This document shows positions 9,183 through 20,188 of a DNA stretch of 41,985 nt, piece after piece (the first letter of the stretch is position 1; every line of letters begins with the position of its first letter). Location: positions 1 to 41,985 of the forward strand of contig DAHXND010000034.1 of assembly GCA_027366675.1 (NCBI GenBank), written 5' to 3'. This DNA is from Acidimicrobiales bacterium (GTDB lineage Bacteria > Actinomycetota > Acidimicrobiia > Acidimicrobiales > JAMCQF01). A model generated the notes under the pieces. It did no database searches, was not told the DNA's origin, and saw only the letters and a program-made list of their open reading frames with translations. Position numbers and translations under genes: made by a program.

Positions 9183-9988
9183 GCAGGAACGCCGGAGGGC
9201 CTGAGCCGGTGGGCTCACCTGCATCTGCAGGGCCGGGGCCAGGGCCAGGGCCGGGCCGTGGGTCAGGGCAAAGCCCAAGGGAAGCAGGGCCAGGGCCAGG
9301 GCCAAGGGAAGCAGGGTCAGGGCCAAGGGAAGCAGGGAAACCATGGCAGCTAGAGCGACTCAGGGCCTTCCTGCGGAGCCTTGGCAAGGGCGCAGGTCGG
9401 GATCTGGTTGGCACGCTGGGCGAGCACCTGGACGTGGTGGAGGAGGCTCTGAGCGTCGTTACGTCGCTACTGGCTCGGGGTCTGGAGCGAGAAGATGCCT
9501 CGGAGCGCATACGGGATCTCGAGCACAGAGGCGACGATCTACGCAAGAAGCTGGTTGCCATGCTCGGTCGCGCCCTGGTTACGCCGATCGACAGGGAGGA
9601 CATCTATAGGTTGTCGCGATCCATCGACGATACCCTGGATGGGCTGCGTGACTTCGTACGTGAATGGGACATCTTCCACTTGAAGGATCCGGAAGCCCTT
9701 TCCCACGTGGTCGAGGCCATATCCCAGGCCGCGCGGGACATGCGGAGGGCGGTCGAGTGCATCGTGGATTCCCCCGAGGAGAGCTCCCCGTACGTAGTGG
9801 CCGCAGTGCGCGCGGCGAATCGTGTTCGCCTGGTTCATGAGGACGAGATAGCGCTACTGTTTGCAGGTGATCTCTCCATGAGGGTCATCAGGCAGCGCGA
9901 GCTTCTACATAGGCTCGATGCCATAGGCCTCCATCTCGTGAGGGCTGGGCAGATACTCTCGGATGCATTCGTGAAGAGAGGCGAGTAG
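9179..9988 (+). CDS. DUF47/PhoU-like phosphate transport accessory protein with low-complexity Gly/Pro N-terminus
   Basis: ATGA overlap with pit; IRDLEHRGDDLR, VTPIDREDIYRLSRSIDD. Confidence 0.85.
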   Translation: MSRNAGGPEPVGSPASAGPGPGPGPGRGSGQSPREAGPGPGPREAGSGPREAGKPWQLERLRAFLRSLGKGAGRDLVGTLGEHLDVVEEALSVVTSLLARGLEREDASERIRDLEHRGDDLRKKLVAMLGRALVTPIDREDIYRLSRSIDDTLDGLRDFVREWDIFHLKDPEALSHVVEAISQAARDMRRAVECIVDSPEESSPYVVAAVRAANRVRLVHEDEIALLFAGDLSMRVIRQRELLHRLDAIGLHLVRAGQILSDAFVKRGE

Positions 9989-10038
9989 GGTGCTGGCTGC
10001 CCGCATACAAGGTCCGGCTAGACGGGAGGAATGTAGCG

Positions 10039-10545
10039 GTGACTAGCGGAGAGGTGTCTCCAGAGAATCAGGGTTCGAGGCAGGCAGGCACGGCAGGTGG
10101 AGGTGGCTCCAAGGCGGGCCAAAGCCAGCTTATTATCGTAGTGGGACTTGATGGGTCAGACGCATCGTCCAGAGCTTTGGAATGGGCTGTAGAGGAAGCC
10201 CGCCTGCGCGGAGGTGTCGTGAAAGCCGTGCGCGTCTGGGAGCTTCCGGTGCAACCGTACGAGGCATACATACCTCCCGAGGTCTATGGTGACGCTGCCA
10301 AGGATGCGGCAGTCAGTCTGCAGGAGCAGCTCACGAAAGTGCTTGGAGCGGAGAGGCCAGTAGAGGTGCTCAGCGAGGTCCACGAGGGAGACCCAGCCCA
10401 TGTGATCCTGGATCAGAGCAGGGACGCAATGATGATCGTGGTCGGATCCAGGGGCCTGGGTGGATTCGCGGGTGTTCTGCTCGGGTCTGTGAGCAGCCGG
10501 CTGGTTCATCATGCTCACTGCCCGGTTCTCGTTGTCCGTAGCTAG
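10039..10545 (+). CDS. Universal stress protein (single domain)
   Basis: IVVGLDGSDASSRALEWA; GSRGLGGFAGVLLGSVS; HAHCPVLVV. Confidence 0.93.
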   Translation: MTSGEVSPENQGSRQAGTAGGGGSKAGQSQLIIVVGLDGSDASSRALEWAVEEARLRGGVVKAVRVWELPVQPYEAYIPPEVYGDAAKDAAVSLQEQLTKVLGAERPVEVLSEVHEGDPAHVILDQSRDAMMIVVGSRGLGGFAGVLLGSVSSRLVHHAHCPVLVVRS

Positions 10546-10679
10546 GACTCGAGAGCTGGGACTCGAGAGCTGGGAGTCGAGCCGGGCTCAGGGCCCGCGC
10601 TGCCAGGGAAGGTGACCGGCCAGGTCTTCCAGGCGGGCGCCGAGGGCTGCGGCAGGTCTTCCAGGCGGGCGCCGAGGGC
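10545..10679. repeat. Intergenic direct repeats (14-bp GGACTCGAGAGCTG x2.5; 27-bp CAGGTCTTCCAGGCGGGCGCCGAGGGC x2)
   Basis: Units at 10545/10559/10573 and 10621/10653, between convergent genes. Confidence 0.85.
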
Positions 10680-10696
10680 CCGCTGAGCCAGAGCAG

Positions 10697-13258
10697 CTAT
10701 CTCGACAGGCCAGCCAGGCGGAAGACAGGTCCCTTCATTGCCTCAGCGACGAAGAGGTAGGCCACTCCCGCTCCCATTCCCAGGCCTAGGGCAGAGAGCC
10801 CGATAGGCGTCATGAGCCACCCTCGCCAGGCCAATACACTGACTACGATAAGATCTCCGAGAGAGCTGGCACCGAGCCAGGTGCTTGGTAGCGATGACCA
10901 GAAGTGCCTTCTTTCTCGCACGGCATAGATGGTGGCCTGGGCAGATGAGACTAGCCATATGAAGGTCAGGGTCTGGAGCGCTCCAGTGTGCAGCCCGAGC
11001 CCATAGTCTCCTGCCAGCCAGATCCCGAAGGACATAACTATTAGAGGCAGGGCAAGCCCCACGGAGGCCAGTATCAGCGAGCGCACGCTCCAGCGCTCGG
11101 GCTCGCGCGGCGTGCCTACGCGGTCTGTTGCGAGCGACATCGTGGCGAAGTTATTGGCGAGAAGCAGCAGTACCACGAGCAGAGGCGTGGTGACGAACTT
11201 GCCGAAGACGATCAGGCCGATGCTCAGGAAGAACGATACCTGCAACGTCTTCACGATCTTGTTCAGTGTATAGGTGAGCATGCGCTCATGGATGCGCCGG
11301 CTCACCTCCACGCCATGCACCAGGTTGTCCAGCCCGAGCGTCGTGAGCACGAGGCTGGCTGCAGCCTTTGCGACATCGGTGGCACTGGCGACGGCTACTC
11401 CTACCTCTGCCTTCGATAGCGCAGGGGCATCGTTGACGCCATCGCCCGTCATCCCGACGACCAGCCCCCGACGCTGGAGGCGGTCGACGAGCCGGAGCTT
11501 GTCCTCAGGTAGCACCTCGGCATATACGTCGCAGGCACCGGCAGCCTCGCTGGCGGCTGTAACAGCGGGGCTGCCAGCTGTAACAGCGGGGCTGGCGGCT
11601 GTAACAGCGGGGCTGGCGGCTGTAGTTCCTCCGTGACTGGCCGCGCGCTGAGACTCGATGGCTCGAGGGTTCCCGGTAGCACTGCTCGAAGCGGCGCCGT
11701 CCCCGGCAGTGCTCGAGCCCTCGCTATCGCGCAGGACCGCGGCAGAGCAGGCCCTGCTTCCTATCCCTACCTTCCCGGCTATGGCACGTCCGGTGGCGAT
11801 TGAGTCACCTGTCACCATGATGACCCTGATCCCCAGGTCATGCAGGTCCTTCACGAGCTTCGCCGAATCTGGCCGGGGAGGGTCTGCCATCGCGATCAGG
11901 CCCAGGAAGGTGGGCGTTCCCTGCGGCTCGCCCTCGGCCACCCCGAGCACACGCGATCCACTCGAGGCGAGTCTGGTCACCTCGTCCCTAACCTGGTCGG
12001 GCGGGATAGAGCAGAGCTCGGCTACCACCTGGGGCGCCCCTTTTATCACGCGGACTTGGCCAGAGGTAGTCTCGACGATTGCCTCACAACGTTTCGTATC
12101 GGGAGAGAATGGCGTCACCTTTATTGCGTGACCCAGGGGGGTCAGGCCTTTGTCGCGTGCCGCGCCAAGCACTGCGAGGTCGAGGGGGTCCTGGGTAGCT
12201 TCGTCGCTGGCGGCCGCTGCCACCTGCAGTACCAGATCCGCCGTCGCCTTCGAGATCGGTACGGTCTCGTCCACGGCGAGTGTGTTCTGAGTGATCGTCC
12301 CCGTTTTGTCAGTGCAGAGGACCTCCATGCTGGCTGCTTCCTCGATGGCTGCCAGGTGCGTCACCAGGACTCCCTCGCCTGCGAGCTCTCTGGCGCCGAG
12401 AGCGCTTGCCAGAGTGAAGGTGGTCGGGAGCGCTATGGGGACGGCTGCTACCACCAGGATCACGATGAAAGGCAGGAGTTGCTCCCAGCCCAGGTGGCGC
12501 AGGAACCCGTCGCCGAGGGCCACGACCGCGAGGCCCACGTCCAAGATGAGTAGGGCCTTCACGAAGCCCATGATGAGTTGCTCCAGCCGGCCTGGGGCAT
12601 GCGTGGTCGCGACGAGCTCTGCGGTGCGACCGTAGTACGTGCCGGATCCCGTGCCTGTGACCTCCCCAGTCGCCTCGCCCCGTACGACGAGGGACCCCGA
12701 ATAGGCCGTGGCGCCCTGCCTGGAGGTGACGGCCAGGGATTCGCCTGTCAGGGCAGACTGGTCCAGGGACACCTCCCCGCCCTGAAGCTGCAGGTCGGCT
12801 GGCACGAGGTCTCCCTGTCTGATGTGCACGAGGTCGCCCTTCACGATCTCGGCTGCTTCGATCTCCCTCCACGAGCCGTCGCGTTTCACCCTGGCCCGGA
12901 TGGAAAGGCGTTGCTTCAGCAGCTCCAAGGCCTCTGCCGCCCCACCTTCCTCCCGGAAGGCAAGGGTGGCGTCGAGAGCGACAAGGATCGCAATGACTAT
13001 GGCCTGGGCGTAGTTGCCTAGCGCGAGCTCGAGAACTATCGCAGCTTCCAGCAGCCAGGGCACCGGCCCCCAGAGCTTCGCCAGGAAGGCAAGGAGATGA
13101 TTCTGTTTCGGATCAGGGATGGCATTCGGGCCGTCGCGCTCGAGCCTGCGGCGAGCTTCGGTGCTGGTCAGTCCTGGCGGATCGTCAGGAGGGGGGCTCG
13201 GCTGGTCCCCATGCGCTGGCTGGCCTTCCTGGTGCCAGGCGAGCTCTTCAGTGCCCAA
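10697..13258 (-). CDS. P-type ATPase, P3A (plasma-membrane H+-ATPase-like)
   Basis: DQSALTGES, VPIALP, phosphorylation site DKTGT, KGAP, DPPRPD, MVTGD, MTGDGVNDAPAL; LWGPVPWLLEAA typical of P3A. Confidence 0.9.
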   Translation of the reverse strand: MGTEELAWHQEGQPAHGDQPSPPPDDPPGLTSTEARRRLERDGPNAIPDPKQNHLLAFLAKLWGPVPWLLEAAIVLELALGNYAQAIVIAILVALDATLAFREEGGAAEALELLKQRLSIRARVKRDGSWREIEAAEIVKGDLVHIRQGDLVPADLQLQGGEVSLDQSALTGESLAVTSRQGATAYSGSLVVRGEATGEVTGTGSGTYYGRTAELVATTHAPGRLEQLIMGFVKALLILDVGLAVVALGDGFLRHLGWEQLLPFIVILVVAAVPIALPTTFTLASALGARELAGEGVLVTHLAAIEEAASMEVLCTDKTGTITQNTLAVDETVPISKATADLVLQVAAAASDEATQDPLDLAVLGAARDKGLTPLGHAIKVTPFSPDTKRCEAIVETTSGQVRVIKGAPQVVAELCSIPPDQVRDEVTRLASSGSRVLGVAEGEPQGTPTFLGLIAMADPPRPDSAKLVKDLHDLGIRVIMVTGDSIATGRAIAGKVGIGSRACSAAVLRDSEGSSTAGDGAASSSATGNPRAIESQRAASHGGTTAASPAVTAASPAVTAGSPAVTAASEAAGACDVYAEVLPEDKLRLVDRLQRRGLVVGMTGDGVNDAPALSKAEVGVAVASATDVAKAAASLVLTTLGLDNLVHGVEVSRRIHERMLTYTLNKIVKTLQVSFFLSIGLIVFGKFVTTPLLVVLLLLANNFATMSLATDRVGTPREPERWSVRSLILASVGLALPLIVMSFGIWLAGDYGLGLHTGALQTLTFIWLVSSAQATIYAVRERRHFWSSLPSTWLGASSLGDLIVVSVLAWRGWLMTPIGLSALGLGMGAGVAYLFVAEAMKGPVFRLAGLSR
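11549..11624 (-). repeat. In-frame 21-bp repeat x3.5 (SPAVTAA) inserted in the ATPase P domain
   Basis: GCTGGCGGCTGTAACAGCGGG units at 11549, 11570, 11591, partial at 11612. Confidence 0.9.
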
Positions 13259-14504
13259 CGCTGACTCCGCCCCCTCCGAGCAGCCGAGCAGCCTGGCGAG
13301 CCATGATCAGATCTTCACGTGCGTGGACGACGGCCGCGGCTGGCATCCTGCGCGGGGCTTCTGCGGCCGGGGCTGGAGCGTCGAGCGATATGATGCGGTC
13401 CCCCGAGGCATGCTCGTTCTTCCCGGCGTCGAGCTCGAAGCCTAGGAACGATAGATGCTGGCAAACCTCACGCCGAAGCGCGGCGGAGCCTTCTCCTGCG
13501 CCAGCCGTGAAGGTCAGGACGTCCACGCCGCCCATGGCTGACACCATCGCAGCTATGGCTGCACACAGGCGGTGGAGGTACAGCTCCCAGGCCAGAATGC
13601 AGCGCTCGTCTCCGGCAGCAGCGCCATCTATCACCTTGGCCAGATCAGCGTGACCGCTGAGGCCGAGCAGCCCCGACTCGTGCTCCAGGGCCTCCTCGAC
13701 GGCTGAAGCTTCCATGCCTTCTCTCTGGATCAGGTGAAGTATCACACCCGGATCCAGCGAGCCCGATCGTGTTGCCATGACCAGTCCTTCGAGCGGGGTG
13801 AATCCCATGGTCGTATCCACGGCGCTCGCTCCTACGACAGCGGCGAGCGAAGCACCGGAGCCCAGATGCGCGCTCACGATGCGCAGTCCATACGGGTCGG
13901 CACCGAGAAGCTCGGCAGTCCTCTGCGACGCCCACTGGTGCGAGAGACCATGGAATCCGTAGCGCCTGATGCCGAGAGCTCGCGTCCAGTGTTCAGGCAC
14001 TGCGTATGCTCTCGCGGCAGGGGGCATGGTAGCGAAGAATGCTGTGTCGAAGCAGCCGACTGAGGGAATGTCAGGTGCCAGCGAACGTACCTTGTCTATC
14101 AGGGCAAGAGCTGCGGGGTTATGAAGGGGGGCTAGATCAGCGAGGTCCGCGAGCTTGGATTCTTCCAAGGGATCAAGGAGAATAGGCTTCGTGAAGAGCG
14201 TTCCTCCGTGAACGATCCTGTGAGCGCTGGCTTCAGGCGAGTAAGAGGCGACCATCTCTGATAGAGCATCGCTGAGTGAGGGTGTGCCGGGTGGCGGCAG
14301 ATTCCTGACCAAGACGTCCCTGTAGGCCGTGTCCCTGTAGGCCGTGTCCCTGTAGGGCTGATCCCTGCCTGGCTCATCCCCGGGAACGGAAGCCTGGGTA
14401 GGCGAGATGCCACTCGGTTCCCCAGGCTCTGCCGACGCCTCACCTACGTCCACGATAGAGCACTTCGTAGAGCTGCTCCCGGCGTTCACCGTGAGAACCC
14501 TCAC
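13248..14504 (-). CDS. ackA: Acetate/propionate kinase
   Basis: [52 protein letters not shown]; N-terminal insert with a 15-bp repeat (YRDTA, 14316-14356). Confidence 0.93.
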   Translation of the reverse strand: MRVLTVNAGSSSTKCSIVDVGEASAEPGEPSGISPTQASVPGDEPGRDQPYRDTAYRDTAYRDVLVRNLPPPGTPSLSDALSEMVASYSPEASAHRIVHGGTLFTKPILLDPLEESKLADLADLAPLHNPAALALIDKVRSLAPDIPSVGCFDTAFFATMPPAARAYAVPEHWTRALGIRRYGFHGLSHQWASQRTAELLGADPYGLRIVSAHLGSGASLAAVVGASAVDTTMGFTPLEGLVMATRSGSLDPGVILHLIQREGMEASAVEEALEHESGLLGLSGHADLAKVIDGAAAGDERCILAWELYLHRLCAAIAAMVSAMGGVDVLTFTAGAGEGSAALRREVCQHLSFLGFELDAGKNEHASGDRIISLDAPAPAAEAPRRMPAAAVVHAREDLIMARQAARLLGGGGVSVGH

Positions 14505-17140
14505 GTGCGCTGCTCGGAGCGAGCCCCAGCTTTCTTGGCCGCCCCGCCAGGCTTCTTGGCGGACGCAGGCGCGGTCCTCTTGGCCGCCCCGCCAGGCTTC
14601 TTGGCAGGCACCCCAGGCTTCTTGGCCGCCCCGCCAGGCTTCTTGCCGGTCCCAGGCGCAGAGCGCTGGCTTGCTGCATCACCTGCCCAACGCCAGCTCT
14701 GGATCTCGGGGAGGTCCTCCCCAGTCTCGACTATGTAGCGCTCGTGCTGATCGAGCTTGTCGCGCACCCACTGCTTCGTGTAGGCGGTGTACGGTGCCAG
14801 AGATGGAACGCGCTCAGATACGTCACTGACCAGATGGAAGCGGTCCATCTCATTCGCGACCGTCATGTCGAACGGCGTGGTGACGCTGCCCTCTTCTTTG
14901 TATCCACGTACGTGAATGTTGCGATGGTTCGTCCGTCGGTAGGTGAGCCGGTGGACCAGCCATGGATAGCCGTGGAATGCGAATATGACGGGCTTGTCCC
15001 TGGTGAACAAAGCATCGAAGTCGTTGTCGCTCAGGGCGTGAGGGTGCTCGCCGGGGGGCTGGAGCACCATGAGGTCTACCACGTTCACCACCCTGATCTT
15101 CAGCTCGGGGAAACGCCCGCGCAGTATGTCGACGGCTGCCAGGATCTCGAGGGTCGGCACGTCTCCAGCGCATGCCATGACGACGTCGGGTTCCCCTCCG
15201 CCATCGCTGCTGGCCCACTCCCATATGCCGATACCGGCAGCGCAGTGCCGCATCGCAGAGTCCATGTCCAGCCATACAGGGGCTGCAGTCTTGTCCGCGA
15301 CGATCGCATTCACCTTGTTCCGCGAGGTAAGGCAGTGCTCGGTCACGGACAGGAGGCAGTTCGCATCCGGCGGGAGGTAGATCCTTACGAGGGAGGCCTT
15401 CTTGTTCACCATGAGGTCCAGGAATCCAGGGTCCTGATGGGTGAAGCCGTTATGGTCCTGGCGCCAGACATGAGAGGTCAGTAGGTAGTTCAGGGAGGGG
15501 ATGGGCCTGCGCCACGGTATCTCGTTGCACTTCGTTATCCACTTCGCGTGCTGGTTGAACATGGAGTCGACTACGTGAGCGAACGCCTCGTAGGTATCCA
15601 GCAGCCCGTGGCGACCCGTCAGCAGGTAGCCCTCCAGCCATCCCTGGCAAAGATGCTCACTCAAGACATCCATCACACGTCCGTCTTGTGACAGGAACTC
15701 GTCGGTGGCGAGGATCTCTCCCATGAACTCGTGGTTCGTTACCTCGAAAAGATGGGTCAGCCGGTTGGATGAGGTCTCGTCCGGCCCGAATATCCGGAAG
15801 CGGTCAGGGTTCGCCGTGATCACATCCCTGAGCCAGGCGCTGAGCACCCGGGTGGCTTCTGCGTCCACTTCGCCTGGGGCCTCCAGATGGACGGCATAAG
15901 GCTCTATCGCCGGCAGCACGAGATCTTTGGCCAGGATGCCACCATTGGCGTGGGGATTCGCACTCATCCGCCGCTCGCCTTTCGGAGCTAGGGCCAGTAC
16001 CTCTTCCATGGGTGCTCCGGACTTGTCGAAAAGCTCTGCCGGTTCGTAGCTCTCCAGCCATGCGACTAGCTGCTTCATCTCCGAGGTGTCCGTGCGCGGG
16101 TTCTCGAGCGGGGTCAGGTGGCAGCGCCACGTACCTTCGGCGGGCTGGCCGTTCACGATCTTCGGAGCGGTCCAACCCGCCGGCGTCCTGAAGATGATCA
16201 TCGGCCAGCGCGGGCGGGCGGGGTGTTCCGCAGGGGCTCTCAGGGCACGCTCTTTCCGCGCAGCAGATCGGGATGTGCCGCCTGATCGCAGTCCTGGTGC
16301 CCCTGCCGGGATCTGTCCCCTCGCCGAGCTCTGGATCTCGCGTATCTCTTTCACGCAACGATCCAGAGCTGTTGCCAGGAGCTGGTGCATCTCCAGCGGA
16401 TCGTCACCCTCAACGGTGATGGGTTCCCATCCATAGCCACGCATAAGGTCGTCCAGCTCGCTGGCTGGGATCCGCGCGAGGACGGTCGGGAGAGCGATCT
16501 TATAGCCGTCCAGGTGGAGGATCGGGAGGACCGCACCATCTGTCTCGGGATTCAGGAACTTGTTCGAGTGCCAGCTAGCTGCCAGCGGTCCCGTCTCCGA
16601 TTCCCCGTCGCTCACTATCGCGGCGACAACGAGATCTGGGTTATCGAAAGCGGCTCCGAATGCGTGGAGGATGCTGTAGCCGAGCTCGCCGCCTTCGTGA
16701 ATGGAGCCCGGTGTCTCCGGCGCAGCGTGGCTGGGAACGCCGCGCGGGAAGGAGAACTGCCGGAACAGCTTCCGGAGCCCTTCGCGGTCGAGGCCGATAC
16801 CCGGGTATACCTCGCTGTAGGTCCCGTCGAGGTACGCACCCGAGATCATGGAGTGCCCGCAATGGCCCGGGCCGGTTATGTAGATCATGTCCAGGTCGTA
16901 GCGGGTGATCAGGCGGTTCAGGTGGGCGTAGATGAAGTTAAGGCCAGGGGCGGATCCCCAGTGGCCGAGCAGGGTCGGCTTTATATCGGAGGTACGAAGC
17001 GGAGTCTCGAGAAGGGGGTTGCCCATCAGGTAGGTCTGCCCGAGGGTGAGGTAGTTCGCCGTGCGCCACCAGTTGTTCATGGCCCGCAGCTCTTCTTCCG
17101 CGAGGGGTCCTGGTGGGATGGTGGTTGTTCTGCTGGTCAT
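14501..17140 (-). CDS. xfp: Phosphoketolase (Xfp family), divergent, with a Lys/Ala/Pro-rich C-terminal tail
   Basis: [63 protein letters not shown]. Confidence 0.93.
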   Translation of the reverse strand: MTSRTTTIPPGPLAEEELRAMNNWWRTANYLTLGQTYLMGNPLLETPLRTSDIKPTLLGHWGSAPGLNFIYAHLNRLITRYDLDMIYITGPGHCGHSMISGAYLDGTYSEVYPGIGLDREGLRKLFRQFSFPRGVPSHAAPETPGSIHEGGELGYSILHAFGAAFDNPDLVVAAIVSDGESETGPLAASWHSNKFLNPETDGAVLPILHLDGYKIALPTVLARIPASELDDLMRGYGWEPITVEGDDPLEMHQLLATALDRCVKEIREIQSSARGQIPAGAPGLRSGGTSRSAARKERALRAPAEHPARPRWPMIIFRTPAGWTAPKIVNGQPAEGTWRCHLTPLENPRTDTSEMKQLVAWLESYEPAELFDKSGAPMEEVLALAPKGERRMSANPHANGGILAKDLVLPAIEPYAVHLEAPGEVDAEATRVLSAWLRDVITANPDRFRIFGPDETSSNRLTHLFEVTNHEFMGEILATDEFLSQDGRVMDVLSEHLCQGWLEGYLLTGRHGLLDTYEAFAHVVDSMFNQHAKWITKCNEIPWRRPIPSLNYLLTSHVWRQDHNGFTHQDPGFLDLMVNKKASLVRIYLPPDANCLLSVTEHCLTSRNKVNAIVADKTAAPVWLDMDSAMRHCAAGIGIWEWASSDGGGEPDVVMACAGDVPTLEILAAVDILRGRFPELKIRVVNVVDLMVLQPPGEHPHALSDNDFDALFTRDKPVIFAFHGYPWLVHRLTYRRTNHRNIHVRGYKEEGSVTTPFDMTVANEMDRFHLVSDVSERVPSLAPYTAYTKQWVRDKLDQHERYIVETGEDLPEIQSWRWAGDAASQRSAPGTGKKPGGAAKKPGVPAKKPGGAAKRTAPASAKKPGGAAKKAGARSEQRT
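14527..14655 (-). repeat. 21-bp coding repeats giving the KKPGGAA tail of the phosphoketolase
   Basis: CTTCTTGGCCGCCCCGCCAGG-like units; protein [24 protein letters not shown]...KKPGGAAKK. Confidence 0.85.
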
Positions 17141-19671
17141 GCCGTCCTCTTGTCCTTGTCTGTGTCCTTGTTCTTGCGCTGGGTGACATCTGTGCCGGTG
17201 GCACGTCCGCCGGATCTGCCCTTGCCAGGTAGGCGGGCTGCCTCGGGTTCACGACCGGCCGGCTGGGAGGGTCTCGGGCCCGCAGCCATGTGGGGGATGG
17301 CCATGGTGATGGTGGAGCCAGCCGACAGCTTGAAGCCTGTGCCATGATGTGTGATCGTAAGTGGCTCGTCACCTAGCAGAGAGTACGACGCGTTGTCGGG
17401 AGTGATGGAGACGATCACGAGGCGTCCCTGGTACGTGACACGGAAAGCCAGACTGGCGATGCCGGTCGGCAGTCTGGGCGAGAAGGAGATCTGGCCATCG
17501 GAGGCCCTCATGCCACCAAGCCCGGCTACGAGGGAGAGCCAGGTGCCTGCCAGAGAGGCGATGTGGAGCCCGTCACTCGTGTTGCACTCGAGGTCGTCGA
17601 GGTCCAGGAGGGCAGCCTCGCGCACGTAGTCATAGGCGAGGTCCATCTGGCCGACCTCTGCTGCGACTATGGCCTGGATGCAAGCTGATAGAGAGGAGTC
17701 TCGAACAGTGAGGGCCTCGTAGTAGGCGAAGTCCCTTTCCTTCTGGGAGATGGAATCCTCGGGCGTAAGCCCCTCGTAGAGAGCGCCTCCCTGGAGGAAC
17801 ATGGCAAGCACCAGGTCCGCCTGCTTTACGACCTGCTTGCGGTAGAGCTCCATGTACGGCCTGTGCAGGAGCAACGGGTACTCAGAGGCGTCGGTTGCCT
17901 CGAAGTCCCAGTGCTCGTGGCTGGTGAAAGATCGGTCCTGAGCGTGGATGGCTAGTATATCGTCATAGGGCACATATATGGAGTGGGCCTTTACCTCCCA
18001 TGCGCTCACCTCCTCGCTCGTGACCGCGAGCCGCTCGGCTTCGCTCGGATGGCGCCGGGCAGCTTGGGCGGCTGATAGTAGGTTCTGCCTGGCCATCAGG
18101 TTCGTAAAGATGTTGTCGTCAACGAGAGCGCTGTACTCGTCGGGCCCGGTCACTCCGTCTATATGGAAGGAGCCTCCAGCATCGAAGTACCCGAGGGAGC
18201 TCCACAGGCGCGCTGTCTCTACGAGGATCTCCACTCCGGCTGCCTGCTCGAGCTCCAGGTCGCCCGTGGCATCCACGTATCGGGTAAGAGCGTCCGCGAT
18301 GTCGGCGTTTATGTGCATCGCAGCAGTACTGGCAGGCCAGTAACCGGAGCTTGGTTCACCGTTTATCGTTCGCCAAGGGAACGCTGCGCCTGCCAGGTGG
18401 AGCTCCCTCGCCTGGCGCCTGGCCGACGGGAGGGTCGAGTGGCGCCAGTGGATGGCGTCTGCTGCAGCGCGGGGATACAGGTAGGTGAGCACCCGCAGGA
18501 CGAAGGTCTCCATGTCCCAGAAGACATGGCCCTCGTAGCCTGTGCCAGTCAGCCCCTTGGCCGGGATCGGGTTCCTTTCGGCTCTGGCCGCCGCTTGTAG
18601 GACGTGGAACAGGGCGAACCGTACAGCTTGCTGGATCTCTGGATCTCCGCCTACCTCGACATCTGCTCGCGCCCAGAAGTTCGCCAGGAATGCTTGCTGC
18701 TCGCCAACCAGGCCATCCCATCCGCTATCGCGTGCCGACGCGAGCGCTGCAGCCACGGCATCACGTACTGCTAGGTCAGATAGATCGCTAGAGGAGTCAT
18801 ATGCTATGAGCTTGGTGAGCACGAAGCTCTCACCAGGATGGAGGGCAGTGGTGACGGTGCAGTGACCGCGGCCTTCCTCGATGCTTGCCTCGGCGCGATA
18901 GGCGTTGGAGGCGGCGGAAGGGCCAGAGGTGCGTCGGGAGTGCCGCAAGAGATGATCAACAGAGGATACCACCCTCAGAGCGCTCGACGCGGTGCGGCAT
19001 ATCATCTCCATCCGAAAGCCCTCGATGTAGCTACTCTCTAGCACGAGGCGCGCTTCCTGCGGAGTCGCCGCCCGGGGATCGTCGGTGCTCCGTTGGGGGA
19101 CCTGCTCGTCCGCTACGAGCTCGGACTGCACGACCAGGCGGATTGCATCATCGCGTGATTGGACCTCGTGATCGTCGGATCTGGCCTTGCGCGGAATAGA
19201 TACCTCGTAGCGGATAGCTGCCACTGATCTCTGGGTGAGTGATACCATGCGGGAGCTTCGCAGCTTTACCGTGCTGCCCCCAGGCGACGTCCAAGTGAGC
19301 CTGCGGACGAGTGTGCCGTTTCGCATGTCGAGGATTCGCGAATGATTCTGGAGCGTCCCGGTACGCAAGTCAAAGGGCTCGCCGTCGACGAGTAGGCGTA
19401 TGAGCTTGGCGTCGGGGACGTTAACGATGGCCTGTCCCGTGCTCGGGTAGCCATAGGCAGGCTCCGCATTGGGGAGGGGATGGTAGTCGTAGAAACCGCT
19501 CAGGTAGGTGCCTGGAAGGGCGCTGGGACTTCCCTCGTCGAGGTTGCCCCGCATGCCTATATGCCCGTTCGCGAGCGAGAACACCGACTCCGACCTGGCC
19601 AGTAGGTCGAGGCAGAAGCTACTCTCGCGGATCGCCCAGGGGTCGACCGCGAAGGAGCTATGACGAATCAC
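17137..19671 (-). CDS. Glycoside hydrolase family 65 (alpha-glucoside phosphorylase; maltose/trehalose/kojibiose type)
   Basis: [54 protein letters not shown]. Confidence 0.93.
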   Translation of the reverse strand: MIRHSSFAVDPWAIRESSFCLDLLARSESVFSLANGHIGMRGNLDEGSPSALPGTYLSGFYDYHPLPNAEPAYGYPSTGQAIVNVPDAKLIRLLVDGEPFDLRTGTLQNHSRILDMRNGTLVRRLTWTSPGGSTVKLRSSRMVSLTQRSVAAIRYEVSIPRKARSDDHEVQSRDDAIRLVVQSELVADEQVPQRSTDDPRAATPQEARLVLESSYIEGFRMEMICRTASSALRVVSSVDHLLRHSRRTSGPSAASNAYRAEASIEEGRGHCTVTTALHPGESFVLTKLIAYDSSSDLSDLAVRDAVAAALASARDSGWDGLVGEQQAFLANFWARADVEVGGDPEIQQAVRFALFHVLQAAARAERNPIPAKGLTGTGYEGHVFWDMETFVLRVLTYLYPRAAADAIHWRHSTLPSARRQARELHLAGAAFPWRTINGEPSSGYWPASTAAMHINADIADALTRYVDATGDLELEQAAGVEILVETARLWSSLGYFDAGGSFHIDGVTGPDEYSALVDDNIFTNLMARQNLLSAAQAARRHPSEAERLAVTSEEVSAWEVKAHSIYVPYDDILAIHAQDRSFTSHEHWDFEATDASEYPLLLHRPYMELYRKQVVKQADLVLAMFLQGGALYEGLTPEDSISQKERDFAYYEALTVRDSSLSACIQAIVAAEVGQMDLAYDYVREAALLDLDDLECNTSDGLHIASLAGTWLSLVAGLGGMRASDGQISFSPRLPTGIASLAFRVTYQGRLVIVSITPDNASYSLLGDEPLTITHHGTGFKLSAGSTITMAIPHMAAGPRPSQPAGREPEAARLPGKGRSGGRATGTDVTQRKNKDTDKDKRTA

Positions 19672-20099
19672 GATTCAGCGGTAGTAGAGATCCCGAACGA
19701 GCGGCCTGTCACGTCATGAAGCGGGATGCGTAGCCAGTGCTCGTGCGCTCCAGGAACCCACGGATGCAGTGGAAGAGCACGTGCCGCCTGTGATAGCTCG
19801 TCGAGCGAGGAAGTCACGTCGAAGCAGGGTCCCTGCAGCACGACGCTCCATCCCCAGCGACCCGAAGCCTCGGCATCGTCTATCTCGAAAGCTACAGATG
19901 ACAGCGGTGCTTGATCGAGCTTCTTCCCTGGAGCGGTACGCACCACTACCGCGCCATGATCGTAGATGTAGTTCACGGGGAATATCATCGGCTTCCCGTC
20001 TATGGTAACGGCGAGCCGCCCGAGCGAGTTGTGCTCGATCAGGTCTATGCACTCTTCTCGGGTGAGCGGCCTGAGACCGCCCGCCTCTGCTCGCGTCAT
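19668..20099 (-). CDS. Pyridoxamine 5'-phosphate oxidase-like (split-barrel flavin-binding) protein
   Basis: LTREECIDLI, GRLAV, PVNY, VAFEID, GWSVV, PW, VTGR. Confidence 0.88.
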   Translation of the reverse strand: MTRAEAGGLRPLTREECIDLIEHNSLGRLAVTIDGKPMIFPVNYIYDHGAVVVRTAPGKKLDQAPLSSVAFEIDDAEASGRWGWSVVLQGPCFDVTSSLDELSQAARALPLHPWVPGAHEHWLRIPLHDVTGRSFGISTTAES

Positions 20100-20168
20100 G
20101 ATCTGTCTCTTCCGGCGTTATGGCTCATGAACTGCACTCTAGATCCTCGCACGCCAGAGGGTGGGCGT

Positions 20169-20188
20169 GTAGGGCCATTGGTCCCTAA
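20169..20188. promoter_or_regulatory. DosR/DevR-like operator (GTAGGGCCATTGGTCCCTAA)
   Basis: TAGGG.C-N4-G.CCCTA palindrome between the two divergent GH65-containing units. Confidence 0.8.
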
